61,438 nucleotides of DNA, from positions 1 to 61,438 of the forward strand of contig JAGHCW010000202.1 of assembly GCA_021160245.1 (NCBI GenBank), written 5' to 3'. The position numbers were made by a program, and so were the translations under genes. The notes under the pieces were generated by a model that saw only the letters and a program-made list of their open reading frames with translations, did no database searches and had not been told where the DNA came from. Shown piece by piece: positions 29,330 to 37,815 of the stretch. Every line of letters starts with the position of its first letter. Within the stretch, counting starts at the first letter, position 1. This DNA is from a bacterium (lineage in GTDB: Bacteria > B130-G9).

Positions 29330-30312
29330 GAGGGGTCCGAGGCGCGCCAGCTGCCGGTTAGAGCGAACGTTCTTGACCTGCAGCCTCCACATTCAGAAAG
29401 ATATCCGCACTCGCTACACTGTGATTCTCTGTTTGATAAATCAGTTAGTTCCTTTATGAACTCCGAATTGCGCATATTGGCCCAAATCTCGCTGACTGGC
29501 CGTTCCCCTGCATTTCCTATCACAACCGGAGCAAACGTGCATGGCTTAACATCGCCGTTTGTCTCAATGAACATATACTCCCCGAAAATGCAGCGGGAGA
29601 CCTCTGGGACTATGATGCCGTTCTCGGAATCCGCCGAGAATTCAATGTTATGTTCCCTCAAGAATGGCTTGAAGAATGGCTCGTCAACATAAACATCCAG
29701 ACCATACGTCTTCTGATGCTGAATTATCGAGAAAAAGAGCGACTCGTATTCAGCGCCGTTCAAAGCTAGCTCTTTGTAGTCCTTGCAGGGCTTCAGCCCG
29801 AGAATCGCGACCTTTTTGTAGCCAATCTCCCTAACGAATCGGAATAGTCTGCCTATCTGTCGATGGTTGTGCTTCCCGATGGTAACGGGGCAGGAATCGA
29901 GGATGCGATATTCTGCTGCAAGGGCAACAGACTGCTTCAGCCGCTCAAAGCTCGCGCCCTTTCTAGTTTTCTCATAGCTCTTTTCATCTGCCCCGTCTAT
30001 GCTAATCATGAGGTTCACGTCAAGAGCTGCGAGCCTCCGCGCTGTCGGCCTGTCGAGCAACATGCCATTGCTGATGAGATAGACCTTCACGTCATTGCTA
30101 CGGAGTATCTCAATCACCTCAAACAGCTTACCGCAGAGGAGCACCTCTCCACCCTCGATAATGACCCACCTGGGCTTGAGAGAGGGTATCTGCTCGGCCA
30201 CTTGCAGAAGAAGTTTGCCGTCAAGCTCATCCGCCGCCATGCCTCGACAGTGCAGGCACTCGAGGTTACATCGATTCGTAATGGCCCAATCGATCATATA
30301 AGGCGTGCTCAA
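29293..30312 (-). CDS. radical SAM protein with C-terminal SPASM domain
   Basis: 339 aa. NRCNLECLHCRG is a CX3CX2C motif. SPASM Cys: VKPCTFAP and CSECGYLSECGGCRSR...DPSC. Confidence 0.9.
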   Translation of the reverse strand: MSTPYMIDWAITNRCNLECLHCRGMAADELDGKLLLQVAEQIPSLKPRWVIIEGGEVLLCGKLFEVIEILRSNDVKVYLISNGMLLDRPTARRLAALDVNLMISIDGADEKSYEKTRKGASFERLKQSVALAAEYRILDSCPVTIGKHNHRQIGRLFRFVREIGYKKVAILGLKPCKDYKELALNGAEYESLFFSIIQHQKTYGLDVYVDEPFFKPFLREHNIEFSADSENGIIVPEVSRCIFGEYMFIETNGDVKPCTFAPVVIGNAGERPVSEIWANMRNSEFIKELTDLSNRESQCSECGYLSECGGCRSRTFALTGSWRASDPSCPLKGVRPSES

Positions 30313-31109
30313 CGGCGACTCTCCGCAACGAAGATCATCTCCGGCGAATCGTCTGTCAGCGGCGATTTGTCGAAATCGCCGAAGAGGTCCAGGATCTCAA
30401 GGCCGCTGCGGGCCAAAAGGTGCTCAACCTCAAAGCGGCAATAGTAGCGGAACGGGAATGCCTGGACGAGGCGCTCTGCGTGGCCGTCGGGGTGGGTCAC
30501 GTGGTAGATCAGCTCAACGTCGTTGAACTGCTCTGCACGGTGGAATGCCGTGGTTCGATTTGTGCGACTCAGGCGCCGTCCGTCGGGGAGCGTAAATTCC
30601 GGTGTGTCCTCGGCTTCATTGAGGTATTTGCTGTCCTTGATGCGTCCGGGATTCATCTGGAAGAGCTCCAAGACAAACCGACCATTGGGCAGCAGATGCT
30701 TGTGAACGCAATCAAGGCAGCTGAGCTGCTCTTCGACGGTCACAAGATGCGAAAAAGAGCGAAAGGGGGCAGTTATGAGATGGAATCTCTCTTTCAGGTC
30801 GAAATCAGTCATGTCTCCCCGGACGGTGGTTACTCGCTCTTGGACGTCCTGTGGCTCATCTTGCAGCTTCTTTTCGCATCTGCTGAGCATGCTCTTTGAA
30901 TAGTCTAGTCCAACGACTCCGCAACCTGCTCGAGCTATCGGTATGATAATCCGCCCCGTGCCACAGCCCAGTTCCAATGTCCTGCCTTGTGCAGCCTTCG
31001 AGCAGCCCGTGTAGAATCCCAGATCGCCCCGCATGGCGTATGCCGGAGTGAGATCATAATAGTCGGCAAAAAAAGATTCGAAGTCATAACGCCCGCCTTC
31101 ATCCTTCAT
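30309..31109 (-). CDS. class I SAM-dependent methyltransferase
   Basis: 266 aa. Motif I is TLELGCGTGRI. ATGA overlap with the radical SAM gene. Confidence 0.85.
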   Translation of the reverse strand: MKDEGGRYDFESFFADYYDLTPAYAMRGDLGFYTGCSKAAQGRTLELGCGTGRIIIPIARAGCGVVGLDYSKSMLSRCEKKLQDEPQDVQERVTTVRGDMTDFDLKERFHLITAPFRSFSHLVTVEEQLSCLDCVHKHLLPNGRFVLELFQMNPGRIKDSKYLNEAEDTPEFTLPDGRRLSRTNRTTAFHRAEQFNDVELIYHVTHPDGHAERLVQAFPFRYYCRFEVEHLLARSGLEILDLFGDFDKSPLTDDSPEMIFVAESRR

Positions 31110-31120
31110 CCTTCATCCTT
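31096..31120. repeat. heptanucleotide tandem repeat (minus strand AGGATGA x3) at the MscS/methyltransferase junction
   Basis: Plus strand reads CCTTCAT CCTTCAT CCTTCAT CCTT. Each unit supplies AGGA, ATG and TGA on the coding strand. Confidence 0.9.
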
Positions 31121-31956
31121 GCAGCGTCGTCCTTGCTGGCGCCCTGGCCGGCAATATGCACGTCCATTTGCGGGAATGGGATGCTGATTCCGTCGGCGTC
31201 AAAGCGCTCCTTGATGGCTTTCAATGTGTCGAAATAGACGCCCCAGTAGTCGTCTGTCTTCGTCCAGGGCCGAACGGCGAAGTTTACGCTGCTGTCAGCC
31301 AGCTCAAGGACGCCAATCGTTGGAGCCGGGTCCTTGAGGATGCGCTTGTCGCCATTCAGGACACTCTCGATAGCGCTCTTGACCTTGCTCAGATCATCCG
31401 CATAGCTCACGCCGATCACAAGGTCCACGCGCCTCGTCTCTTTGGCCGTGTAGTTGATGATGTTGTCGCTCGTGATCTTGGCGTTCGGTATAACGATGAG
31501 CTTGTTATCGAGCGTCTGAATCTCCGTGGTGAATATCTGAATTGACTCGACGATGCCCAGGCATCCGGCCGTCTCGATGAGATCGCCGACTCTAAATGGC
31601 CTGAAGATGATCATGAGAACGCCGGCGGCGAAGTTGGAAAGCGACCCTTGAAGAGCCAGGCCAATTGCCAGACCGGCGGCGCCCAGGAGCGCGATGAAGG
31701 ATGTGGTCTGGATGCCCAGCTTGCCGAGCGCAGCAACGACCACAAACGCTAGCAGCGTAATATAGGCCAGGTTCGAGACAAACCCAATGAGGGTCTCGTC
31801 AACTTTGCCCCTCTTCATCAGTCGCTTGATGATCTTCTGCGCGATCTTCGCGGCCCACCGGCCTAGAACTAGGATCGCCATAGCTCCGATGACATTCAGG
31901 CCATACACGGTTAGGTACTGCCGGAGCGTTGATAGCACGGTATCAAAATAAGTCAT
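31099..31956 (-). CDS. MscS-family mechanosensitive channel
   Basis: 285 aa. Three N-terminal TM helices, then FRPFRVGDLIE...G.V..I.IFTT and a C-terminal alpha/beta domain. Confidence 0.9.
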   Translation of the reverse strand: MTYFDTVLSTLRQYLTVYGLNVIGAMAILVLGRWAAKIAQKIIKRLMKRGKVDETLIGFVSNLAYITLLAFVVVAALGKLGIQTTSFIALLGAAGLAIGLALQGSLSNFAAGVLMIIFRPFRVGDLIETAGCLGIVESIQIFTTEIQTLDNKLIVIPNAKITSDNIINYTAKETRRVDLVIGVSYADDLSKVKSAIESVLNGDKRILKDPAPTIGVLELADSSVNFAVRPWTKTDDYWGVYFDTLKAIKERFDADGISIPFPQMDVHIAGQGASKDDAARMKDEG

Positions 31957-32086
31957 GCCCTCTCCTTCCTTTCAGTTCTCTGAGCCCTCGCCTCGGCGAA
32001 ATGGCGCGAGTCTATTAGATTCTCGCCAACATAGAGACTTGCCTATGATGTCCGATTTGAGGCTGTATGACGACGGTCCATTCAGC

Positions 32087-33130
32087 CTACAGGTCAAACT
32101 CATAGCCCAGGCCGAATTTGTATGTTGCGTCATACCTCTCATTGCCTTCGACGGGATCGCTGTCGTAGGCGTAATCCACGCCCGCATGGGCAAAGAAGTT
32201 ATCAACGATCGTCAAACGCAGCCCAGTCTCGCTCGTGATATAAACCGATCTGTCATCGAAACTGTAGTAGCCCTCATGGGTGTGGAAGAACCTGATCCGG
32301 TCTGGGATTATCTTCAAACTGAAGTCGGCGCCCCAGCGCCCGGCCATATAGTTGTCGTCCGGCGCCGTCTCGAAATCGTCATTCACATAAGACGCACCAG
32401 TTTCGAGCGAGAACGATGTGCGATCGGTGTCGATTATCTGATAGCCGACGCCTGTGCCGAGTGTGCTGCGCAGCCTTAGATCAGTGAATTCATCACCCTC
32501 GAAGAGTGAATGGGCGTATGTATAAAGCCGCTTTGTGACGAAGAAGTCGTATTTGAAACTGCCCGCTGCGTTGCGTGAGGTCATCAGTTTGTCTGTCTCA
32601 CCATAATTGAACCGGCCTTTGAGTGTGAACCTCTGTCGCGTCGACCTCGCCACAAACCGCGCCGAGGCGTTAGCAGCCATAGTATCAGTGTTCCCGTCGG
32701 TCTGAGTGTACCCTGCGGCAATACTGCCAGTGTAAGTAACAGCTGGTGGAGGTGGCGATGGATTGATCGCCTCGAGCTCGGCGACCGGTATCGCAGCCGT
32801 CTCCCCAAGAGTGGCGCCCGCGATCTTGATCATCCCTGCCGTTGAGCAAATAGCCCGCCCAGAGAGAACCTGATGGTCGTTCAGAACGAAATTGTGCGAG
32901 CCCTCAGTTGAAATACAGCTGACATCGGCCCAGCTCACCTTGATCTCTCCGGCGTAGGACGTAGTAAACAGCAAGACTCCCTTCTCCATGTTGACGACCT
33001 CGCCCGAAAAATGGTCGCCGTTCTTGAGGCGCACCTCATCGGCGAATGCGGCGAGGCAGAATGTCAACGACAGCGCCGCGCATAGCAACCAGGGCATAAG
33101 TGCTTGTTGTCTCACAAGTACGTCCTCCAT
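32087..33130 (-). CDS. DUF481-family outer-membrane beta-barrel protein (YdiY-like)
   Basis: ORF 32087..33244. The likely start is ATG 33130, ahead of the signal peptide ALMPWLLCAALSLTFCLAAFA. There is an LKNGDHFSGEVV repeat domain, alternating beta-strand sequence and a C-terminal YKFGLGYEFDL. Confidence 0.65.
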   Translation of the reverse strand: MEDVLVRQQALMPWLLCAALSLTFCLAAFADEVRLKNGDHFSGEVVNMEKGVLLFTTSYAGEIKVSWADVSCISTEGSHNFVLNDHQVLSGRAICSTAGMIKIAGATLGETAAIPVAELEAINPSPPPPAVTYTGSIAAGYTQTDGNTDTMAANASARFVARSTRQRFTLKGRFNYGETDKLMTSRNAAGSFKYDFFVTKRLYTYAHSLFEGDEFTDLRLRSTLGTGVGYQIIDTDRTSFSLETGASYVNDDFETAPDDNYMAGRWGADFSLKIIPDRIRFFHTHEGYYSFDDRSVYITSETGLRLTIVDNFFAHAGVDYAYDSDPVEGNERYDATYKFGLGYEFDL

Positions 33131-33593
33131 CGTTAATTCGTCCAAAGCAATTAACCATAGAATGGGAGAATACGGCATTGTGGCAACAGAGACAAGCAAT
33201 GAGCTTCGGAAGCTGATCATTGCCTGGCCTCCCGGGCTATTCAATTAGGAGCGAGAGGGTCTCCACGATGGATAACACTGCGCCCCAATAGTTATATTGA
33301 TTGGTGAGGCTGGTGTTCGGATGGATGAACCTGACGTTGACGGCTGTCTTGAGAGTCGCGGTTCATCCTGCTTGCAGCGTTGGACAGGAGATGTGAGCAA
33401 AAATACTCCCCGAGCCAGATCTGCACGGATTGGTTAACGTCGATGTCAGACCAAACAGTTGAAAAACAAACCCGTGCCGCTTAACTTCGATTTGCATATT
33501 TAATGATCGTAATTTCTAAAAGGACTAATGAGGCTAAAGGGATATGATCAAAACGTCGATAAATATAATCTATAGGAGTATCAATGATTGTAG

Positions 33594-34316
33594 TTGAGGA
33601 GTAAAAAGCTTTCAGATGGAGGTTCGACTGAGAATATGAGTCGCTCAGGTGCTACTCGCACATTGTCCCCGGTTGTTGAGTACTTTCTTGATGTTTTTGA
33701 GGGTGTCTGCCGGAGCACAGGGCCAATCACCGTCAGTGAGCTCGCTCGACAGATTAATATCAGTAAGTCAACGGCGCATCGGATTTTGGGGCTTATGAAG
33801 ACCAGAGGTTTCGTGGTTCAGCAACCCGGGGGGCCATATCGCCCTGGGCCAAAGATGATCACGCTCGGAGTAGCTGCGCTCAAAACGTCATTCTCACGCG
33901 AGATGATAGACCCCATCATGGATGAACTGTCGTCACAGGCCTCAGAGACCGTCCTGTTCGGAGTGTGGCTGGCGGGTTCCAAGGGCTTTCTAGTTATTTT
34001 TGAAAGACCCACAGGTCATCTCTTGCGCTTTCATCCGTTTCTTGGCAGCTACATTAGGTCTGATATACTTGGCGGCGAAGCCATCGACAATCTGAAAAGT
34101 CAAGATGGTAATGCCCTGCAAGTTCACACTAACGTCGCGGCGGACGGCATTTGGTCAGTGATCACAATCATTCCACGTCCGCACAAAGAGGCCCCTTGCG
34201 CTTTGATGATACTGGCGCCAAAGGACCGAGTTGACGAAGAGAAGATGTCCGTGTGGAAGGAACTGTGTTTAAGCCAGGGCATATTCCTTGCCAGCGTTTT
34301 AGAGGGGAAGTCTTGA
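33594..34316 (+). CDS. IclR-family transcriptional regulator
   Basis: 240 aa. HTH is ITVSELARQINISKSTAHRILGLMKTRGFV, followed by a C-terminal effector-type domain. The start is uncertain (TTG 33594 or ATG 33636). Confidence 0.8.
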   Translation: MRSKKLSDGGSTENMSRSGATRTLSPVVEYFLDVFEGVCRSTGPITVSELARQINISKSTAHRILGLMKTRGFVVQQPGGPYRPGPKMITLGVAALKTSFSREMIDPIMDELSSQASETVLFGVWLAGSKGFLVIFERPTGHLLRFHPFLGSYIRSDILGGEAIDNLKSQDGNALQVHTNVAADGIWSVITIIPRPHKEAPCALMILAPKDRVDEEKMSVWKELCLSQGIFLASVLEGKS

Positions 34317-34340
34317 CAATAAGGTAAAATATGGTATATT
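34313..34340 (+). promoter_or_regulatory. near-consensus sigma-70 promoter (TTGACA-N16-TATATT with TG extension)
   Basis: TTGACA at 34313-34318 overlaps the IclR stop codon. TGGTATATT ends at 34340, and an AT-rich leader precedes the GTG 34403 gene. Confidence 0.55.
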
Positions 34341-34402
34341 ATTATTTGAGCTAGCTATTTTTTTTCTGGGCTGTCTCGAACACCATTTCATAGGAGGAAC
34401 AC

Positions 34403-34729
34403 GTGGCTGCTGCCAATCACACTTTCAAGAATCTCCGGCAAGTAGCCGACGCAGTTGAACAGATTCTCGCGGCGTGTGCAAAACAAGGCTTTGTTAGGCG
34501 AGAATCGGTACCGGACTTCCTGCAGTTGCCTGCCGAGGACGCCGAGAACCTGATATGCGAGTTGTGTGATCGAGGTCTGCTGTGCGCGAGAAAAAGTCAG
34601 AATAGAGTGACAACTCGTGGTGTGTCATCCGCAAAGGAATGCCCGCGCGAGGTAATTACGCTCGGCGTGAAGTTCTATCGCTTTTTTGCCGAAGGGAAGG
34701 CAGCAGAAACCGACCGGAACGTTGGGTAG
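34403..34729 (+). CDS. hypothetical small protein (possibly winged-helix-like)
   Basis: 108 aa. GTG start 5 nt after AGGAGGAA. No family recognised. Confidence 0.6.
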   Translation: MAAANHTFKNLRQVADAVEQILAACAKQGFVRRESVPDFLQLPAEDAENLICELCDRGLLCARKSQNRVTTRGVSSAKECPREVITLGVKFYRFFAEGKAAETDRNVG

Positions 34730-34950
34730 CATTGCAATCAACAGCCGGGCTGATGAATTTTAATCATCGGACTTCTTGGCGTGGGTGAAAGCGAAAGATG
34801 CGATGCTTTTACTCTTATATTTAGATTGCTGCAGAACGACGTATCATAATTGAAACGTATCTCGCTGATAAGGCCTGTACAAGGCTATAACACACAATTG
34901 TGTGTCCTTGAACAATGTCAATTCGTCGAAGCATATAGGAGGGCTTGTGG

Positions 34951-35298
34951 ATGAACAAGAAGGTTGCGATCATAGTCTCGTCGCGGCATATGTGGATATC
35001 TGCCGCGTTTTCCGGAGTTAGGGAAGCGGGGATGTCACCCATAATCTGCCAAAGCGTAATCGATGTAGCAACAGAGTATGAAATGTTCACAGGAATTAAG
35101 TGTTCGCCTGAGTTGATCCTGGTGGATGGAGTCTTTCCCCCGAAGGAGACTCGGGAAATCCGCAAAATGTGTTCTGGCAACAGCACAAGTCTGAGAGTAA
35201 TACCACCTATTATCATAAGGCCAGGGGCAGCGGAGAAGATTCGCAGTGCGGTCATAAAGGAGAGCAGAAGTGAAGTTCAAGCGGTAGGTGGGCAGTAG
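34951..35298 (+). CDS. receiver(CheY)-like protein with degenerate acidic pocket
   Basis: MNKKVAIIVSS... occupies the position of the usual DD pair, and ...PELILVDG occupies the phospho-acceptor position. AGGAGGG lies 7 nt upstream. The stop abuts the cheA-like ATG. Confidence 0.5.
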   Translation: MNKKVAIIVSSRHMWISAAFSGVREAGMSPIICQSVIDVATEYEMFTGIKCSPELILVDGVFPPKETREIRKMCSGNSTSLRVIPPIIIRPGAAEKIRSAVIKESRSEVQAVGGQ

Positions 35299-37173
35299 AT
35301 GCAGCAAGCATGCGATGGTCTGGCAGACCTTTGGGAAGATGAGTCGCTACTTGACGACTCACTTGGCGAAGTCATTGCGAGTCTGGACAGCGCTGAGGCA
35401 AAGTTTGTGGAGCAGGGAAAGCCGGTTGATGCTGCAGGACTGAGCGAGGTTCAGAGAGTTTTCCATACAGTGAAAGGACTTGCGGGTATGTTTGAGATAC
35501 GTCCCGCTGTCGAGTTGGCCCACGCTGCCGAGGACCTAATAAAAACTATCACATCTCGGGATAGTGCCGTTGACTACCCCACGGTCGAGGTTTTGCTAAC
35601 GACCATTGATCTATTGCGGGAGGCTTACAGCGCGGCAATCGCGCAAAGGGGAGCTCTGTCGTCTTTGCTTGGCGAAGCGATTGACAGGTCAATTATGGCG
35701 ATCCACTCGCGAGAGGAAGAGATTACTTCCGGCCTTGAGGATGAGTTCACAGATGAGGCGTTCTTAAGAATCGGTCAGATACTCTTTTCAGGGGGCAAGG
35801 TGTCCAAAGAGGGCCTGGAGGAATCGCTATCCGAGAAGCCGCGCCTGGGCGATGTCTTGCAGGAGAAAGGTCTCGTCACGAAGGGTGATGTGAAGCACGC
35901 CCTGCAGCTTCAGGAGAACCTCGGCAAGGCTCGCGGCAATGTTGATCAGGCCTTTCTGAAAATACCCGCCAGATCACTGGACAAGATATTCTCTATGATC
36001 GGTCAGTTTCAGCTCTGCGTTACTACTCTGCGCGATCTGGTCAAGGCGAGAGGTGAACTTGCCCGCGACAGACTGACTGCGGCGTCAGATAGTTTTGCGA
36101 ACATCTGCGATGAGATCACTCGCGACATAACTTTGCTGAGAATGGTGCCTATCAAGGGAATTGCGGTGAAAGTGAGGAGGATAGCGCAGTCAACCGCTAG
36201 CAAAGTAGGAAAGAACATCGAGCTTGAGTTCCGTGATAATGCTGTGCTGTTCGATAAATCGAGACTTGGGTTTCTCGACACCGTGATCGTCCACTGCGTA
36301 CGTAACGCCGTCGATCATGGAGTTGAGTCGCCGGAAGTCAGGAGCGAGCATGGCAAGACTCCGGTTGGGCACATTTGTGTTACCTTCCAACAGGACGCGC
36401 AGTCAATTACGATCACAATTGAGGACGATGGGGGAGGGATTGACCGGAGCAAGGTCAAGAAGAAAGCTGTTGAGGCAGGATTCGACTTCGATTCAGGCCG
36501 GGAACTTACGGATGAGGAGCTCGTTGATGTTCTGTTCAGCGATGGATTCTCAACGGCTGAGACAACTACCGAAATATCGGGCCGTGGCGTAGGGCTTAAC
36601 GCCGTGAAAGAAGCCGTGATAGAGCTGTCGGGAAAGATGCGTTTGACAACCCAGGCAGGGATCGGGACGAAGTTCGTCGTTGAACTGCCTCGGAAAAGTG
36701 TCGCGTTCGACTCCAAGCTTCGCCCGTTCATCACGATGCAAGTCAACGGTTCTCTTTTTGGTATCCCCTTTGAGAATCTGGTGAGGCTCCTTTCTGGGGC
36801 AGATGAATCTAGCACAGCTAACATCGACCGCGACGGTTCACTTCTCATGCTGCCTGAGGGGATCGCGCCTCATTATTCTTTCGAAAGGCTCATTGACATT
36901 CCGTCTGATGGATGCGAAGCACGCCGCGAGTGTATCCTCCTCGCTGATGGGGCCAAGAAGCTTCTGGCGCTTTCGGTACCGAAAGTGCGAGACCTCTTGA
37001 AGCTTGGAACTGTTGCCCTACCCGGACAACTCGGCGAGAACAATCTCATTGATGCGACAGCAACGCTCCCCTCGGGCGAGATCATTCAGATTCTCAACAT
37101 GACGGGGCTATTCGACATGACGCGACAGCAGCCGTCGCACGGCGACTCACAAGGGGCGGCGCGCTGCAATTGA
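35299..37173 (+). CDS. cheA: CheA-type histidine kinase (Hpt/P1, dimerisation, HATPase, CheW-like P5) with an MshEN-like segment in place of P2
   Basis: 624 aa. Motifs: VFHTVKGLAGMF (His56); IPARSLDKIFSMIGQF; HCVRNAVDHGVE; ITIEDDGGGID; GFSTAE...SGRGVGLNAVKE. The C-terminal region is CheW-like. Confidence 0.85.
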   Translation: MQQACDGLADLWEDESLLDDSLGEVIASLDSAEAKFVEQGKPVDAAGLSEVQRVFHTVKGLAGMFEIRPAVELAHAAEDLIKTITSRDSAVDYPTVEVLLTTIDLLREAYSAAIAQRGALSSLLGEAIDRSIMAIHSREEEITSGLEDEFTDEAFLRIGQILFSGGKVSKEGLEESLSEKPRLGDVLQEKGLVTKGDVKHALQLQENLGKARGNVDQAFLKIPARSLDKIFSMIGQFQLCVTTLRDLVKARGELARDRLTAASDSFANICDEITRDITLLRMVPIKGIAVKVRRIAQSTASKVGKNIELEFRDNAVLFDKSRLGFLDTVIVHCVRNAVDHGVESPEVRSEHGKTPVGHICVTFQQDAQSITITIEDDGGGIDRSKVKKKAVEAGFDFDSGRELTDEELVDVLFSDGFSTAETTTEISGRGVGLNAVKEAVIELSGKMRLTTQAGIGTKFVVELPRKSVAFDSKLRPFITMQVNGSLFGIPFENLVRLLSGADESSTANIDRDGSLLMLPEGIAPHYSFERLIDIPSDGCEARRECILLADGAKKLLALSVPKVRDLLKLGTVALPGQLGENNLIDATATLPSGEIIQILNMTGLFDMTRQQPSHGDSQGAARCN

Positions 37174-37288
37174 AGGCCAAGCAACGCAAGGGTTTTCGGA
37201 AATACTGAGGCTCAGGTCAATAGCTCGCAGGCCAAATAGCCATGTTCACAACACAAGTGAAGGGGAATGCTGAGGTCTGTCTTTCTGA

Positions 37289-37690
37289 TCATGCTCTGAG
37301 GCAAGCTGGCTTCAGGAGAATATCCCGCTTGACCCGGCGGAACTGGAGAAAAGTCCCCATCTGAGGGACCTCGCAGGTCACATCGCTGAAAGTGTCGTAG
37401 GGGCATATCTCGGAGCAATACAAGGCCTTGATTTAGCTCATTTTCCAGAACGCGGGGCTGAACCAGAGGTCGATTTTGTCTTCACAATAGGAGATAAACG
37501 AATCCCGTTAGAGGTCAAATACCGGAGCAGGATCGATCCCCAAAGGGACACGCTGGGGCTGAGGGCCTTCTTGGAGAAGACCGTCTATAACGCCCCTTTC
37601 GGCATACTCATAACGATGACGGACGATGTGGTCATCCCCGACCCGCGCATCGTAGCCCTGCCACTTAGCAGCTTCCTCCTTCTCACATAG
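37289..37690 (+). pseudogene. 3' remnant of an AAA-ATPase gene (DUF4143-type C-terminal domain)
   Basis: My translation: ...ENIPLDPAELEKSPHLRDLAGHIAESVVGAYLGAIQGLDLAHFPERGAEPEVDFVFTIGDKRIPLEVKYRSRIDP...ILITMTDDVV...*. There is no N-terminal ATPase domain, no start codon, and an in-frame stop at 37286. Confidence 0.6.
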
Positions 37691-37815
37691 CGTTCATCCG
37701 GCGCGCTTGTTCTCGCCGTTGCGTCCCAATGGTTGCTATGACTGTGCCTTGTGATTAGTATTGCTGCGAGGCTGATACTCAAATCATAATTCTTGTGAAA
37801 ATGGGGAGAAATAAC

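Noticed and set aside
29293-29392. A functional 100-nt out-of-frame overlap between the radical SAM and DUF1464 genes
   Set aside because: It is more likely an artefact of taking the longest ORF. The conserved ATPase N-terminus (IVGIDPG) begins at about 29290 and a GTG at 29329 is available. The real start remains unresolved because no good RBS precedes either candidate.
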